The notes below the pieces were generated by a model, which had not been told where the DNA came from, searched no databases, and saw only the letters and a program-made list of their open reading frames with translations. DNA of 61,107 bases, counting the filler. It is 8 parts of 8 records of this genome, joined end to end, with 100 filler letters (N's around TTAATTAATTAA, not from the genome) between each part and the next. Parts side by side here need not be neighbours in the genome. Positions count along the whole stretch, not along the records: positions 32,781 to 39,820 come from SRR7504441_6072; positions 39,921 to 44,256 come from SRR7504441_6079; positions 44,357 to 53,053 come from SRR7504441_6080; 5 more parts are not named here. One strand, given 5' to 3'. Below, piece after piece: positions 35,801 through 45,634 of the stretch. How positions within the stretch are numbered: the first letter of the stretch is position 1; every line of letters starts with the position of its first letter. The position numbers and the translations under genes were made by a program.

Positions 35801-37301
35801 TGCGGCAAAATTCCCTTCCACCCATGCTTGGTAGTAGCGTACAATGTGCTTATGGTGCAGCCTGGAGAGCGTAGTGACCTCTCGCATGATCTTCTTATTT
35901 TCTTCGTTACTGGCTTTCTCTAAGCGTATCTTCTTGACCGCGTAGACCCGCCCATCGAGCTTGTTATTCACCTTAACAACTTCTCCAAATCCACCATGAC
36001 CCAACGTGCAGCTCTCAACAAAATCGCTCTGATATCGTGAGTCTCGGTTCTCTGTGAACCGCAAGTTGTTCCTGCATGCCGCCAGTGAGTACGGCTTCAT
36101 GGCTTTGGCTCACCAGAAGCGCTCGTAAATGTGACCTCGACTAGCAGCCTCCCGAATAGGCTTGCCAAACTGCCGCTTGAACTGCTCCTGGTGCTGCTCG
36201 ATAGATTGGTCTTCAAGCAAGCCCATCTGCTCGAGCTGTGCGGCGAGCTGCTCGAAAGCGTCGGGGTCGGTCGAGAGCAACGGGATGCAGAACCCGTGCA
36301 GCAAGTGACGGATTATGAGCTGCTGCTGCCGCAGGCCGCTCCGTAATCTGTCAGTCTCGCTGTTCTCGTCCGCAGCGACACTCCATCCGCTGTCCTCACC
36401 ACTGCTCTCGCGCAGCAGAAGCCCGCCTTCGCGGCTCTCACCTTCTGATAAGTCTGACAGTCCGCGGAAGGCTTTCAGGGCCGCGTCTACAGGCCGGCCA
36501 GAGAGCCCTCCGGAGGGCGGCTTCTCTTCGGACCAGTCTACAGTGCTGTCGCTCTGCAGGCTGCTTCCCCTCATGTGTGCCTGCGCCCGGCTGCTGTGGC
36601 TCTCTTCCGCAGGGGTCTCCACTTTGCGCGCCAGTCTCCGGTTGACCTCGCGCTCCTTCTTCCAGCGTCGGAGGTGCTCCTGCCTGATTTCTTCAGCTAG
36701 CTGCTCCTCCTGCTCGGCCTCCTCCTCTGCGGCGCCTTCCTCGGCTACAGCTGCGATCTGCTCCTGCGCCTGCACAAGCCGGTCAAACGCGGCTAAACGG
36801 TGAAGCTCGCCTGCCGGAGCATCATTTTCTCGTGCAGGCTCATTGGCTGCTCGTTGTGCTGCCGCAGGAACTCGCACGCAATGTCCGCCAGCGTGAAGAC
36901 CGCTATCTGCCCAGCCAGTGCGCCAGCCCGTCTGTTCAGGATCTCGGTCAGCTGCTCCAGCCGGGCCTCGGGCAGCCGGTGACTCTTCTCCTCAGTGTTT
37001 TTGACCCCAACATGCAGCCGGGTCTCGGGGTACCGCTCCGGCAGCCTGTGGGCCCCGATGGCCGGCTGGGCGGGCCGTGGGCCACCCGATGCAGAGGAAG
37101 CAGGCCACCAGGTTCTCGGACGGGAAGCTGTGATGCGGCACGAGCCGGATCTGGCGCTGGGGCTGGGCCGGGCCCAACGGGCCGCACCTTGAACCGGAAG
37201 GTGACCGGCATCTCCGGGTATGAATCGTCGACGAAGTCCTCGCCAAAGATCGCCTTGAGCGCCTGTACCTCATTCTCCTGCTCCTCGAGTAAACCGCTCA
37301 T
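32852..37301 (-). CDS. GCN2: eIF2-alpha kinase GCN2 (RWD, coiled coil, kinase, HisRS-like), multi-exon
   Basis: EEQENEVQALKAIFGEDF (RWD); SRYQSDF..LGHGGFGEVVKV..LDGRVYAVKKI; RYYQAWVE; LYIQMEFC; HRDLKPSNIF; DFGLA; long degenerate HisRS-like C-terminus ending KDNDHTK-stop. Confidence 0.93.
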
Positions 37302-37496
37302 CCCTGCTGCTCCGGCCAGAGGCGCTGCGGGGCCTACTCCCTCACAGGGGCCACGGTGGTGCGAGCGCCCGCTGCGATTGCTTCACGACTTGCATGCAGG
37401 GTGAGCAGTCTGGAGGCAGAGCACATTCCGTTACCAGTACTCTCAAGGCTTCGTTTCCGTTGGAGGCCCGCGCTCGTACTCAGTAAGCTTCTGGCA

Positions 37497-38420
37497 ATGG
37501 GTGGCTCGCGCCCGGCGGGGCTGGTGTGCTGAGCCGCGTGGCCAGGGGGGGGTTCGGACAACGTGATGCGCGAGATCAAGGTCGACAAGCTGATCATCAA
37601 CATTGCTGTCGGGGAGGCTGGAGACAGGCTCACCAAGGCCGTCCGTGTGCTCCAGCAGCTCAGCGACCAGCAGCCTGTGGAGAACAAAGGTGCACCAGAA
37701 CGCCTAGTCAGCGCCACGTGCCGCGGCCTGAGCTTGATGTTCCGTGTGCAGCGCGATACACCGTGCGTACCTTTGGCATCCGTAGGAACGAAAAGATCGC
37801 GACCCACGTCACCATTCGTGGCGAGAAGGCCCTCGATCTGATCGATCGTGGCCTCAAGATTACCGACTACGAAATCAGCCAGCGTCATTTCAGTGCCACA
37901 GGTCAGTCACTCACCCACATGATGCTGGCTGTTCGATAGATATACGAGGGTGCGAGCAGCCCTCTCCCCGGCGCAGGGTGTTGGAGCCCTGAGACCGGTG
38001 GAGAGTGTCGATCAGCCCGACAGCTATCAGCTGCTAGGCGGCCGGCTTTTCAGTAGTGTAGAGTGCCTGGCGGCATGTCCACTGTGCGAGAGTCGGGCCG
38101 TGTCCTTCCAGCCATCCGTCTGCAGCTGCTCCTGAGCTGCTGTGTTCCAGGCAACTTCGGCTTCGGTGTGAATGAGCACATCGATTTGGGGCTGAAGTAC
38201 GATCCGAATACCGGCATTTACGGTCTGTCTTTGGCCCGCTGTATGCATTTGAGTGGGTGTGCGCTCAGGGATGGACTTCTACGTTGTGCTGTGCCGTCCG
38301 GGCTTCCGTGTTTCCCGCAAGAAGAGGAAGGGAGGCAAGGTGGGCCTTTCACACAAGATCACAAAGGCAGAGTCTCTGGAGTGGGTCCGGACAAAGTTCC
38401 AAGCTGAGATCCGCAAATAA
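37497..38420 (+). CDS. RPL11: 60S ribosomal protein L11 (uL5), 4 introns
   Basis: Spliced: [82 protein letters not shown] at 38452. Confidence 0.97.
37919..38074 (+). ncRNA. Candidate structured intronic RNA (snoRNA-like or regulatory) in RPL11 intron 3
   Basis: Intron 37902-38150 is 249 nt versus ~45 nt typical; nested stems 37927-37938/38006-38017 and 37962-37971/37995-38005, plus 38030-38039/38065-38074. Family not identified. Confidence 0.4.
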
Positions 38421-38451
38421 GCTTCTCGTTTTTTTCTCCCCCTATTGAACC

Positions 38452-38457
38452 AATAAA
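38452..38457 (+). promoter_or_regulatory. AATAAA polyadenylation signal (representative; also 21993, 26167, 30592, 47108, 54806, 59666)
   Basis: Hexamer recurs about 30-190 nt after the stop codons of several + strand genes. Confidence 0.6.
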
Positions 38458-38920
38458 AAATTGAATATAATCAAGTAGGTACTGATGTTAGGTATGTGAT
38501 GGCGGACCACGTGTAAGACTCAGAAACTGATGCTGCGGCCTCCCCGGCAGCAATGTTGATGATCAACTTGTCGCGCATCTACCACGTGTTGTCCGAAGTT
38601 ACCCCTCTTTTGCACGCTTACTCGTATAATAATTATAGCAACTCAGACACCAACCCGGCGCCCCGTGCGAGCCACCCATGCATTGTCAAAAGCTTACTGA
38701 GTACGAGCGTGGCACTCCCAACAGTAACAAAAGATTCTTGCTGTGCCCACCTTGCACCGTCGTGAAGCATTGAATCACGATTGCAAAATGCAGAAGTCGA
38801 TCGGAGATTGACATCTCCGCATCACAACAAGTAATTAAGTGATAATCCTTACAGAGAGTATGGATCAGAGACAGAGTTGAAAAGCTATGCGTGATATATA
38901 TCGATCTAGTGCAATGTGGG

Positions 38921-39547
38921 TCAATTGATCAGCATGCATTGGAGGAACTCATCAAAATCAATCTTGCCGTCCTTGTCTGCCACAGCGCCGGGCTCAATAC
39001 GCACCCAGGGACTGATTAGCCGGTCTGGCGGGCACCGGTGTCGACCTCGCTGATCATTTCCTGAACTTGCTCCTCGCTGAGGTTTTCCCCGAGGCTCGCC
39101 ATCACTTGACGCATTTCGGAGCTAGTAATATACCCATTGTTGTCCTTATCGAACACCTTGAACGCCTCCCGGATCTCGTCATCTGGGTTAATGTCACCCA
39201 TCTTTCTAGCCATCTGCCAACACAGCAATGAAACTCGCACTCAGGATAGCTACCAGGTTGAGGAACTCGCTAAACGTTATGTTATTCTGCCCGTTCGCAT
39301 CGGCCTGGCCCAGGGCTGAGCAGCTGGGACGCCGCCCCGGCGCGCCTGGCGGATCATGCTCTGGATCTCTGCGGCTGTGGTTGTCTCGCCCAGCGAGTCC
39401 ATCGCCACGCTGAGCTCCTCCGGGCTGATCGTCCCGTCCTTGTCCCTATCGAACAGCGCGAACGCCTGCCCGCAGCTCCCGACCAGCGCCCGCCGCTGCC
39501 ACCTCCTGGAACTCGGCGATCTGCTCCCGGGTAAAGTTTTGGGCCAT
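38921..39547 (-). CDS. Calmodulin-like four-EF-hand protein, 4 introns (one GC-AG, 39345-39305)
   Basis: [77 protein letters not shown]. Too divergent for canonical calmodulin. Confidence 0.93.
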
Positions 39548-39702
39548 CCCACCCACCGCCGCCGTCCCTGTGCTGCCGCCGCACTGCAGCTGGTGCTCCA
39601 ACGGTCGCGATACGATCTATTTGCGCGCCGAGCACGGGGCCCCGCTGTGTCGTGGCCGCAAGAGAGGAGGCCTGGTCCGTCTCTGGCAGTGTGCGGCGGG
39701 AG

Positions 39703-39820
39703 ATGATGGAGCACGTATTTCCGATCGGCCCGGTGCCCCACCGGGAGTTTGCCTACTCGCATACGCACAAGCACAGCAGCCTGTACACCGCCGACGTGGC
39801 CCCAAAGAGCCGCGAGACCA
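39703..39820 (+). CDS. 5' fragment of an unknown gene, truncated by linker
   Basis: ATG ATG followed by a frame open to the gap; divergent from the calmodulin-like gene. Confidence 0.35.
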
Positions 39821-40319
39821 NNNNNNNNNNNNNNNNNNNNNNNNNNNNNNNNNNNNNNNNNNNNTTAATTAATTAANNNNNNNNNNNNNNNNNNNNNNNN
39901 NNNNNNNNNNNNNNNNNNNNGTATTGCGTACTAGTGCGAGTATTACATGAACCTAGCCGCGCTAGCCGCGTGATTGCGTGATTCAATTCGTGCGTACGCG
40001 TGATTAATTAAAGCCTAATTAAAGCCGGCGGTAGCTGCATGGAACCATCAGTCAAAGATAAGTCAAAGATAAGATTCTAGAGGGAGGAAAAAGTTAAACT
40101 GAATCTATGAGCCCACTTGTTCAAGCGATGGGCCCGATTGGGGAGGGGTGAGTAAGGGGTGAGCTCTGCTGGGCACCTCTGCAGTTTGAGCTCATGTGAG
40201 CTAAGTCTGAGCTCGTTGACACGAAAAGATTTTTGAAAGAGTTTGGCGCTAAAGAGTTTATGGCGCAGGTGACATGTACTAGTACTGGTAATCAACCTTA
40301 TTGCTACCTCATTGCTTGT

Positions 40320-42164
40320 TCAGTCGGGACAATTCATGTAAGTACTTCTAAGTATACATGGTGGTCCGTGCGTAGGATTGCATCGGATCATTCTGTTTCG
40401 TGTCTCTTGAGAGGCAGACGGTTTACAGACGGTTACCAACCGATCGTGGGACAGATAGCCAGTTTCACGGCGCTTGCATGGACGGTAGGTCACCACCCCA
40501 CGCGTCGAACAGGCAGCTGCCCAGCGTCCACGACACTCCGTCGGATGCCCGCTGCGAGAAGCGCAACACCTGCCACCCAAGCTCTCCAGCGGCCCGAGCC
40601 CAATACGCACCGGTCTGTCCGGCTCAACGGACAAAGCCGAGCCAAGCAGCGCTGCTAGATAGGCCGGCAAGAAGCAGCTGATCCGGTCCAATTGCTCTGC
40701 TGTCCAGAACCCGGCCTCGTGATGCACAGCCGCCTCAATCTTGCGCGAGCCCCATTGCTCGCACAGCGGCTTGGCGGATCGCTCCATGGCCTGCACGCGG
40801 TCTCAACCGAGCTAGTCCCCAGCAGGCGCCGACCTCCAATGGCGCGCTGGCTGTGAGGTTGAAGAAGCTGTGCGGCAGTCCGGCCTCGCCCACCGCTACA
40901 AACTTGGAGGTTTGAATCGATTGGCTGTACCGACGAACAGGCGCCAGGTCCAGACCGTCGAGCGCCCCGGACACTGCAGTATGGCACTCGGCGTACTTGC
41001 CAGTACCGGTGTACAAGCGGCCGTCGAGTTCTGCCTGGGAGCCGAGAGGCATGCACGGGTCGCGGTTGGACCTGCGGACAAGGCTCACTCCAGACTTCTT
41101 GAGGCAGGGCTTTACCAAGACGCTGACCGGACCGATTGGTGCACACGCGAAGAGCCAAGCTCGACGGCGTGGGCTGTCACCACCGAGATGCGGTGTCCTC
41201 CCAGCAGCACCGAGTGAATCGTGGCTTGCTCGTGCGTGGTGGCGCTGCAGCAAGGTCTCAGCAGTGAGCTAGCCGCACGGGCACATCTGCGGAAAGAAGG
41301 CGAGGGTGAGGGCTCGCGGGTCAGCGCCAACCGTCCCCAGCCTGTCCCAACGGCTCAGCCAGCTGTGAGGCCTGGGCTCACGTCTCAGGCAGATCTTTTG
41401 GGCTGCTCCTCAGCGCGTGCTCGAGCAGACCAGCAGCTGTGGCCGATTGAGGACTGCGCCAGAGCGGCCAGTCACCTTGATTCACGGCGATCCACTGTAG
41501 CAGCGCCTTCTCGGACGGCCGGACGTGCGCAGTCACCACAGTCTGCCACGCACCTCGCGCCCGCCGGCTGCGCGGCCAGACCGTGAAGTTGAAGAGCGTC
41601 GTGATCCAGCCGGCCAGCTGGTCGAGCGCCCACAGCTCATCCGGGGACGCCTCCACCCCCGCAGTGCCCAGCAGCTTGACTGTGGTCCGCCGATGCTGCT
41701 CCTCAGGCACAGCCAGGCGCACGTGCTCGAGCAGCGTCAGCACCTCGGGCGGAGGCGCCGTGCCGTTGATCGCTACCAGCTGGCGCACCCCTGCGCGCCG
41801 GATCCGGCCGGCCGGGCCTGGCCGGGGCACCGAGTCCAGCGGAGGTGCTGGCCGAAGCCACTTGGTGGACCGCGGGCAAGCGGGCGAGGTCGTCCGTCCA
41901 GTTGTAGACAGCACTGCTCATCACCGAATCGGCCACATCGATCTGACCTCCGGCTCAGCTGGCCGGAGGGCTTAGCGTGGGCGGCACCACCACGACGTGC
42001 CGGGATGTGTCTGCGGTGACGTACGGGGCCAGCGAGGTGGATGGGTAGAGGCAAACGGTCGAGACTATCACGAAGATCGAGGCGATCGCCTGGCCCTGGC
42101 CCAGCCAGAACGGGGTGCTTCGGCCGCTCTCCTCCTTAGTAGGCGACCACTCTCGCCGCTCCAT
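40320..42164 (-). CDS. GDA1/CD39 (apyrase / NTPDase)-like membrane protein with degenerate catalytic regions; 3' end approximate
   Basis: N-terminal TM; spliced VVV|IDVADSVMSSAVYNW (ACR1-like), VPEEQHRRTTVKLLGTAG (ACR2-like), RPSEKALLQWIAVNQ (ACR3-like); LCEQW..CFLPAY. Confidence 0.6.
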
Positions 42165-42281
42165 GTGCTACAGTAGCGCCACTCACTCGTCCGAGGCGGC
42201 GCGACTCGAACTCGATCCGGCGCGGCGACCTCGTCCGAAAAATTCGGCACTGCGCAAGTGCGGTGGCCGGTGGGCTCACGG

Positions 42282-43757
42282 ATGGTCGAACGGATGGGCA
42301 CTGGCTCCAGCCTTCTAGCGCTGCTATTGCTGTGCCGTGCGGCCGTCGGGTTTGATGTGGCAGTCGGCCCAAACAGGACGCACACCATTGGGCCAGACTT
42401 CTTCTCTCTGACGGCCGACTCGTCCGCGTTCAGCCTGGAGGCCCACAACAGCACCGTGAGCAAGCTGGCGGCACTGGAGCGGTTCCTGGTCGGGCTGGCC
42501 CCGCTGACAATCCGGGTGGGCGGCACGCTCACAGACATGCAAACGTTCCCCTCTGGACCGGCTCCGGGCAGCCCGCGCTCGCCGCAGCACGTGTGGGACA
42601 TGGACTCCTGGGCGCTGATCAATCAGATCACAGCCAGGCTGCCCGGCTCCCAACTCGTGGTGAGTGTGTCCGGGCTGCAGCGCCATTGGAACCAGACTGG
42701 TGTACCGTGGGATCCCACCAACGCCGAGTCCTTTGTGCGCGCCAACTTGGCGCTTGGCTACGATCGGATCGCCGCGTACGAGCTCGGGAACGAGCCAGGA
42801 TGCTGGAACTCACACGGCGGTGCGGTGACGCCCGCCCAGCACGCGCTGGACTTTGGGCAGCTCCGGGCGGTGATTGCAAGAGCATACGCCGGTCGGAGGC
42901 CTCTGCCAATGGTGATCGGTCCTGACACTACAAACTGCGGTGGAGACGTGTTCAACGCCACAATCGCTCACCACCCGGACATTGACGTGGCCACAGTCCA
43001 TCTATACAGCGTGGTGCCCACCTCCAGTCTGCAGGATTTCGTCGCCGCTTCGCGCTCCTCAGCTATGTGCCAGAGAGCGCAAGGTGCACTGGCCGAGCTT
43101 CGTCGCTCGCTCGGGGGCATCCCTCTGTGGAATGGAGAGGGCGGTGCCTCATATTTGTACCCTCCAGCAGGCGGCTACTTGCATCAGTACGGTGGTGCAC
43201 TGGCCCTGCTCAACAATTTGGGCTGCCTCTCAGCTGTCGGGGTGGCCAAAATGTTGAAACATGATCTGTTTGAAAACATCTTCAGTTCCGAGCCAGATCC
43301 AGCTCCAACACCTACCTTCTGGGCAGCGTACGTGTTCAAGCGGCTTGTGGCCTGGAATGCAGGCCAGCCTGGGAGCGCCGGAGTGATGCCGGTCAAACTG
43401 GAGGGGGCCGACTCCGGTATACACGTCTATGCGTTCACCCAATCTGCGGCGGACGAAACCAATGTGCTGATGGCACTCAACCTAATCAATGTGAGCGAGA
43501 GTTTTCGGTCGCCGCTGCTGCCATGCCAGCACACTCGGGTCTACAGCCTCTCACCACATCAGGCCACGGGACAACGAGTGGATGAGTCAGAGCCTGTATG
43601 GCCATGGAATGCAGCCGAGATGCAGCTCAACGGTCAGGTGTTGGCAATGCAAGCAAACCAGACGTTTCCAGATTTACAAGCGTGGGCAATTCCGTTACCG
43701 TGCGGTGCGAGCGTGACTGTACCTGCTTTCTCTGGAGTCTTCTTGGTGAACGCATGA
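42282..43757 (+). CDS. Glycoside hydrolase family 79 (heparanase / beta-glucuronidase-like), secreted, intronless
   Basis: Signal peptide; IRVGGT; YELGNEP (acid/base Glu); VIGPD; LWNGEGG (nucleophile Glu); PTPTFW..FKRL; QLNGQVL. Confidence 0.9.
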   Translation: MVERMGTGSSLLALLLLCRAAVGFDVAVGPNRTHTIGPDFFSLTADSSAFSLEAHNSTVSKLAALERFLVGLAPLTIRVGGTLTDMQTFPSGPAPGSPRSPQHVWDMDSWALINQITARLPGSQLVVSVSGLQRHWNQTGVPWDPTNAESFVRANLALGYDRIAAYELGNEPGCWNSHGGAVTPAQHALDFGQLRAVIARAYAGRRPLPMVIGPDTTNCGGDVFNATIAHHPDIDVATVHLYSVVPTSSLQDFVAASRSSAMCQRAQGALAELRRSLGGIPLWNGEGGASYLYPPAGGYLHQYGGALALLNNLGCLSAVGVAKMLKHDLFENIFSSEPDPAPTPTFWAAYVFKRLVAWNAGQPGSAGVMPVKLEGADSGIHVYAFTQSAADETNVLMALNLINVSESFRSPLLPCQHTRVYSLSPHQATGQRVDESEPVWPWNAAEMQLNGQVLAMQANQTFPDLQAWAIPLPCGASVTVPAFSGVFLVNA

Positions 43758-43998
43758 TAAACTCAAATGAATTCATTGATTTAATTAATTTAATTAAAGA
43801 CTAATTCAACTGGCTCTCGCGCGTCGAGCGACGGACCGATCTAATTGGTTTATTAAAGCGTGATCAGCGTACGAGTAGATCAACGCGGCCTCGGTTTTGA
43901 CCCATGCATCCATTCGGCACTGAGTAGAATCGAGCCACAACCTCGCCGCTCGCTTCTGAATTGAGTTTCATTTGGGGGCACTTGTAGGGCACTTGTAA

Positions 43999-44256
43999 TC
44001 AAGCGTATGTCTCTTTCATGACCAGTTTGCGGAAGCGAACCATTGCTTGCTCATATGCCTTTTTAAGCTCATTGATATCAGAGTCGTTCCTAAATTCATC
44101 CATTGCGACCCCGAGAGTGTCATGGGTGTAATCATTTCTCTCCATGAGTCGATGCTCGGCCCCCCCGCCGTCATGAAGTAGCAACGTGTGAGGATGTGAA
44201 AAATGAGCCATAATCTCAAGCTGTTTGGGCATGAACTCATGAACATCGAGAAAGAT
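43999..44256 (-). CDS. 3' fragment of an unknown gene
   Basis: Frame open from the linker to a stop at 43999; no family recognised. Confidence 0.35.
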   Translation of the reverse strand: MFLDVHEFMPKQLEIMAHFSHPHTLLLHDGGGAEHRLMERNDYTHDTLGVAMDEFRNDSDINELKKAYEQAMVRFRKLVMKETYA

Positions 44257-44383
44257 NNNNNNNNNNNNNNNNNNNNNNNNNNNNNNNNNNNNNNNNNNNN
44301 TTAATTAATTAANNNNNNNNNNNNNNNNNNNNNNNNNNNNNNNNNNNNNNNNNNNNTAAAAACACTGTGTGTATGTTAGAGTG

Positions 44384-45523
44384 TTAAGCAGTGTGCACAG
44401 CTACAAGTAAGGTCGCGCCAATACTTACCATAATGGCCAACCCCAATCCGCTTGTAAACCTGGTCCTTGTACCTGATGGCTCTGCCATGATCTTCTGGTC
44501 AATCAAGGACTTGGCTGTGTCTATTGCGGCAGTGGCTGGACGGTACTTGTACCGAAACCCAAGCTGTGTGATCCTCGTACCATCAACTAATGCGGGCTTG
44601 TTCCAAAACTTGATCAAATATTGCATGTCCGAGATCCCGCACAGAGCACCTATCTTGGCAACTATCCAAGGAAGATGCCACTTTGGAACACCAGCCAATG
44701 GATACTCAGCTCCAAGCGCATCACACAGCTCGTGAGCCCAAATGCTCGAATGTGCCAGAATGTATCTCGCACCGTGAGATGCAGGGTTGCCCATCACTGC
44801 GATGTGTGCAGCAGCAGCATCGCGCACATCTACACAGGTCCACTGAACTGGCGGTATTGCAGGGATCCGTCCTTCTATGAGCTTCTGGACCACGGCCACA
44901 GAGGTGCCAGGATGGCCCAAACAAGGACCTAAAATCATCCCCGGATTCATCACACAGAACTGGAATTTGTGTGGCTGCTCTGCACGCACGAACTCCCACG
45001 CAGCCAGCTCCGCTCTTGTCTTGGAGATGTCATACACTGGAACGTCATCGCTGCTTTCTATGTCAGACCAGTCTTCATGGGTGAACACGTAATCGTCCGG
45101 CTTGTCGGTGTGTCCGATACGCACGGATGCTGTGCTGCTGGTGAGCACAACCTGGTTGACCGTAGATCCGGCGGCTGCGCAGGCTCGCAGCACTCTCAGC
45201 GTGCCTTGGATGGCGGGCTGGTACAGCTCGGTCTCTGGGTCTTTGGCGTCATGGAAGAATGGCGAGGCTGTGTGCAGTATTATTGTGACGTCTTTGACTG
45301 CCTCTGCCCATCCAGCGTCCCGGCTTAGGTCAGCTTGCACCAGTTCGACTCTTTCTTTGGCGTCCGGGGTGAGATCGTAGATCGGCTGCAACTTGGCCTG
45401 ATTCGTGAGGTCGCGGACTGTTCCTCGGACACTGATCGGTGGCTCTCGCTGGAGCAGCTGTTGGCAGATATGCAGCGCAAGAAAACCATTGCAGCCTGTA
45501 ATTAATACCCGCTCCTCGGACAT
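44384..45523 (-). CDS. Extended SDR, dihydroflavonol/cinnamoyl-CoA reductase-like aldehyde reductase with C-terminal TM anchor, intronless
   Basis: VLITGCNGFLA, VRGTVRD, HTASP, VVLTSS, YDISK (YxxxK), VDVRD; hydrophobic tail LGLAIMVSIGATLLVAV. Confidence 0.92.
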   Translation of the reverse strand: MSEERVLITGCNGFLALHICQQLLQREPPISVRGTVRDLTNQAKLQPIYDLTPDAKERVELVQADLSRDAGWAEAVKDVTIILHTASPFFHDAKDPETELYQPAIQGTLRVLRACAAAGSTVNQVVLTSSTASVRIGHTDKPDDYVFTHEDWSDIESSDDVPVYDISKTRAELAAWEFVRAEQPHKFQFCVMNPGMILGPCLGHPGTSVAVVQKLIEGRIPAIPPVQWTCVDVRDAAAAHIAVMGNPASHGARYILAHSSIWAHELCDALGAEYPLAGVPKWHLPWIVAKIGALCGISDMQYLIKFWNKPALVDGTRITQLGFRYKYRPATAAIDTAKSLIDQKIMAEPSGTRTRFTSGLGLAIMVSIGATLLVAVHTA

Positions 45524-45634
45524 CGCACCGCTGACCGCGTCCAACGTACACCCAACGACTTCACGAGCCACCCCAGGGCTTCCATCGAGTTGATCGTCGA
45601 CCCCGTCCAAGCCGTACCGGGTACCGGGTGAAGG

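Noticed and set aside
37902-38150. Specific identification as U17/snR30, U19/snR191, SRP RNA or a 5S mimic
   Set aside because: Diagnostic motifs are absent or misplaced; kept only as an unassigned structured candidate.
43779-43800. Natural TTAATTAATTTAATTAA run resembling the linker
   Set aside because: No flanking Ns; it is ordinary AT-rich 3' UTR sequence after the GH79 gene.
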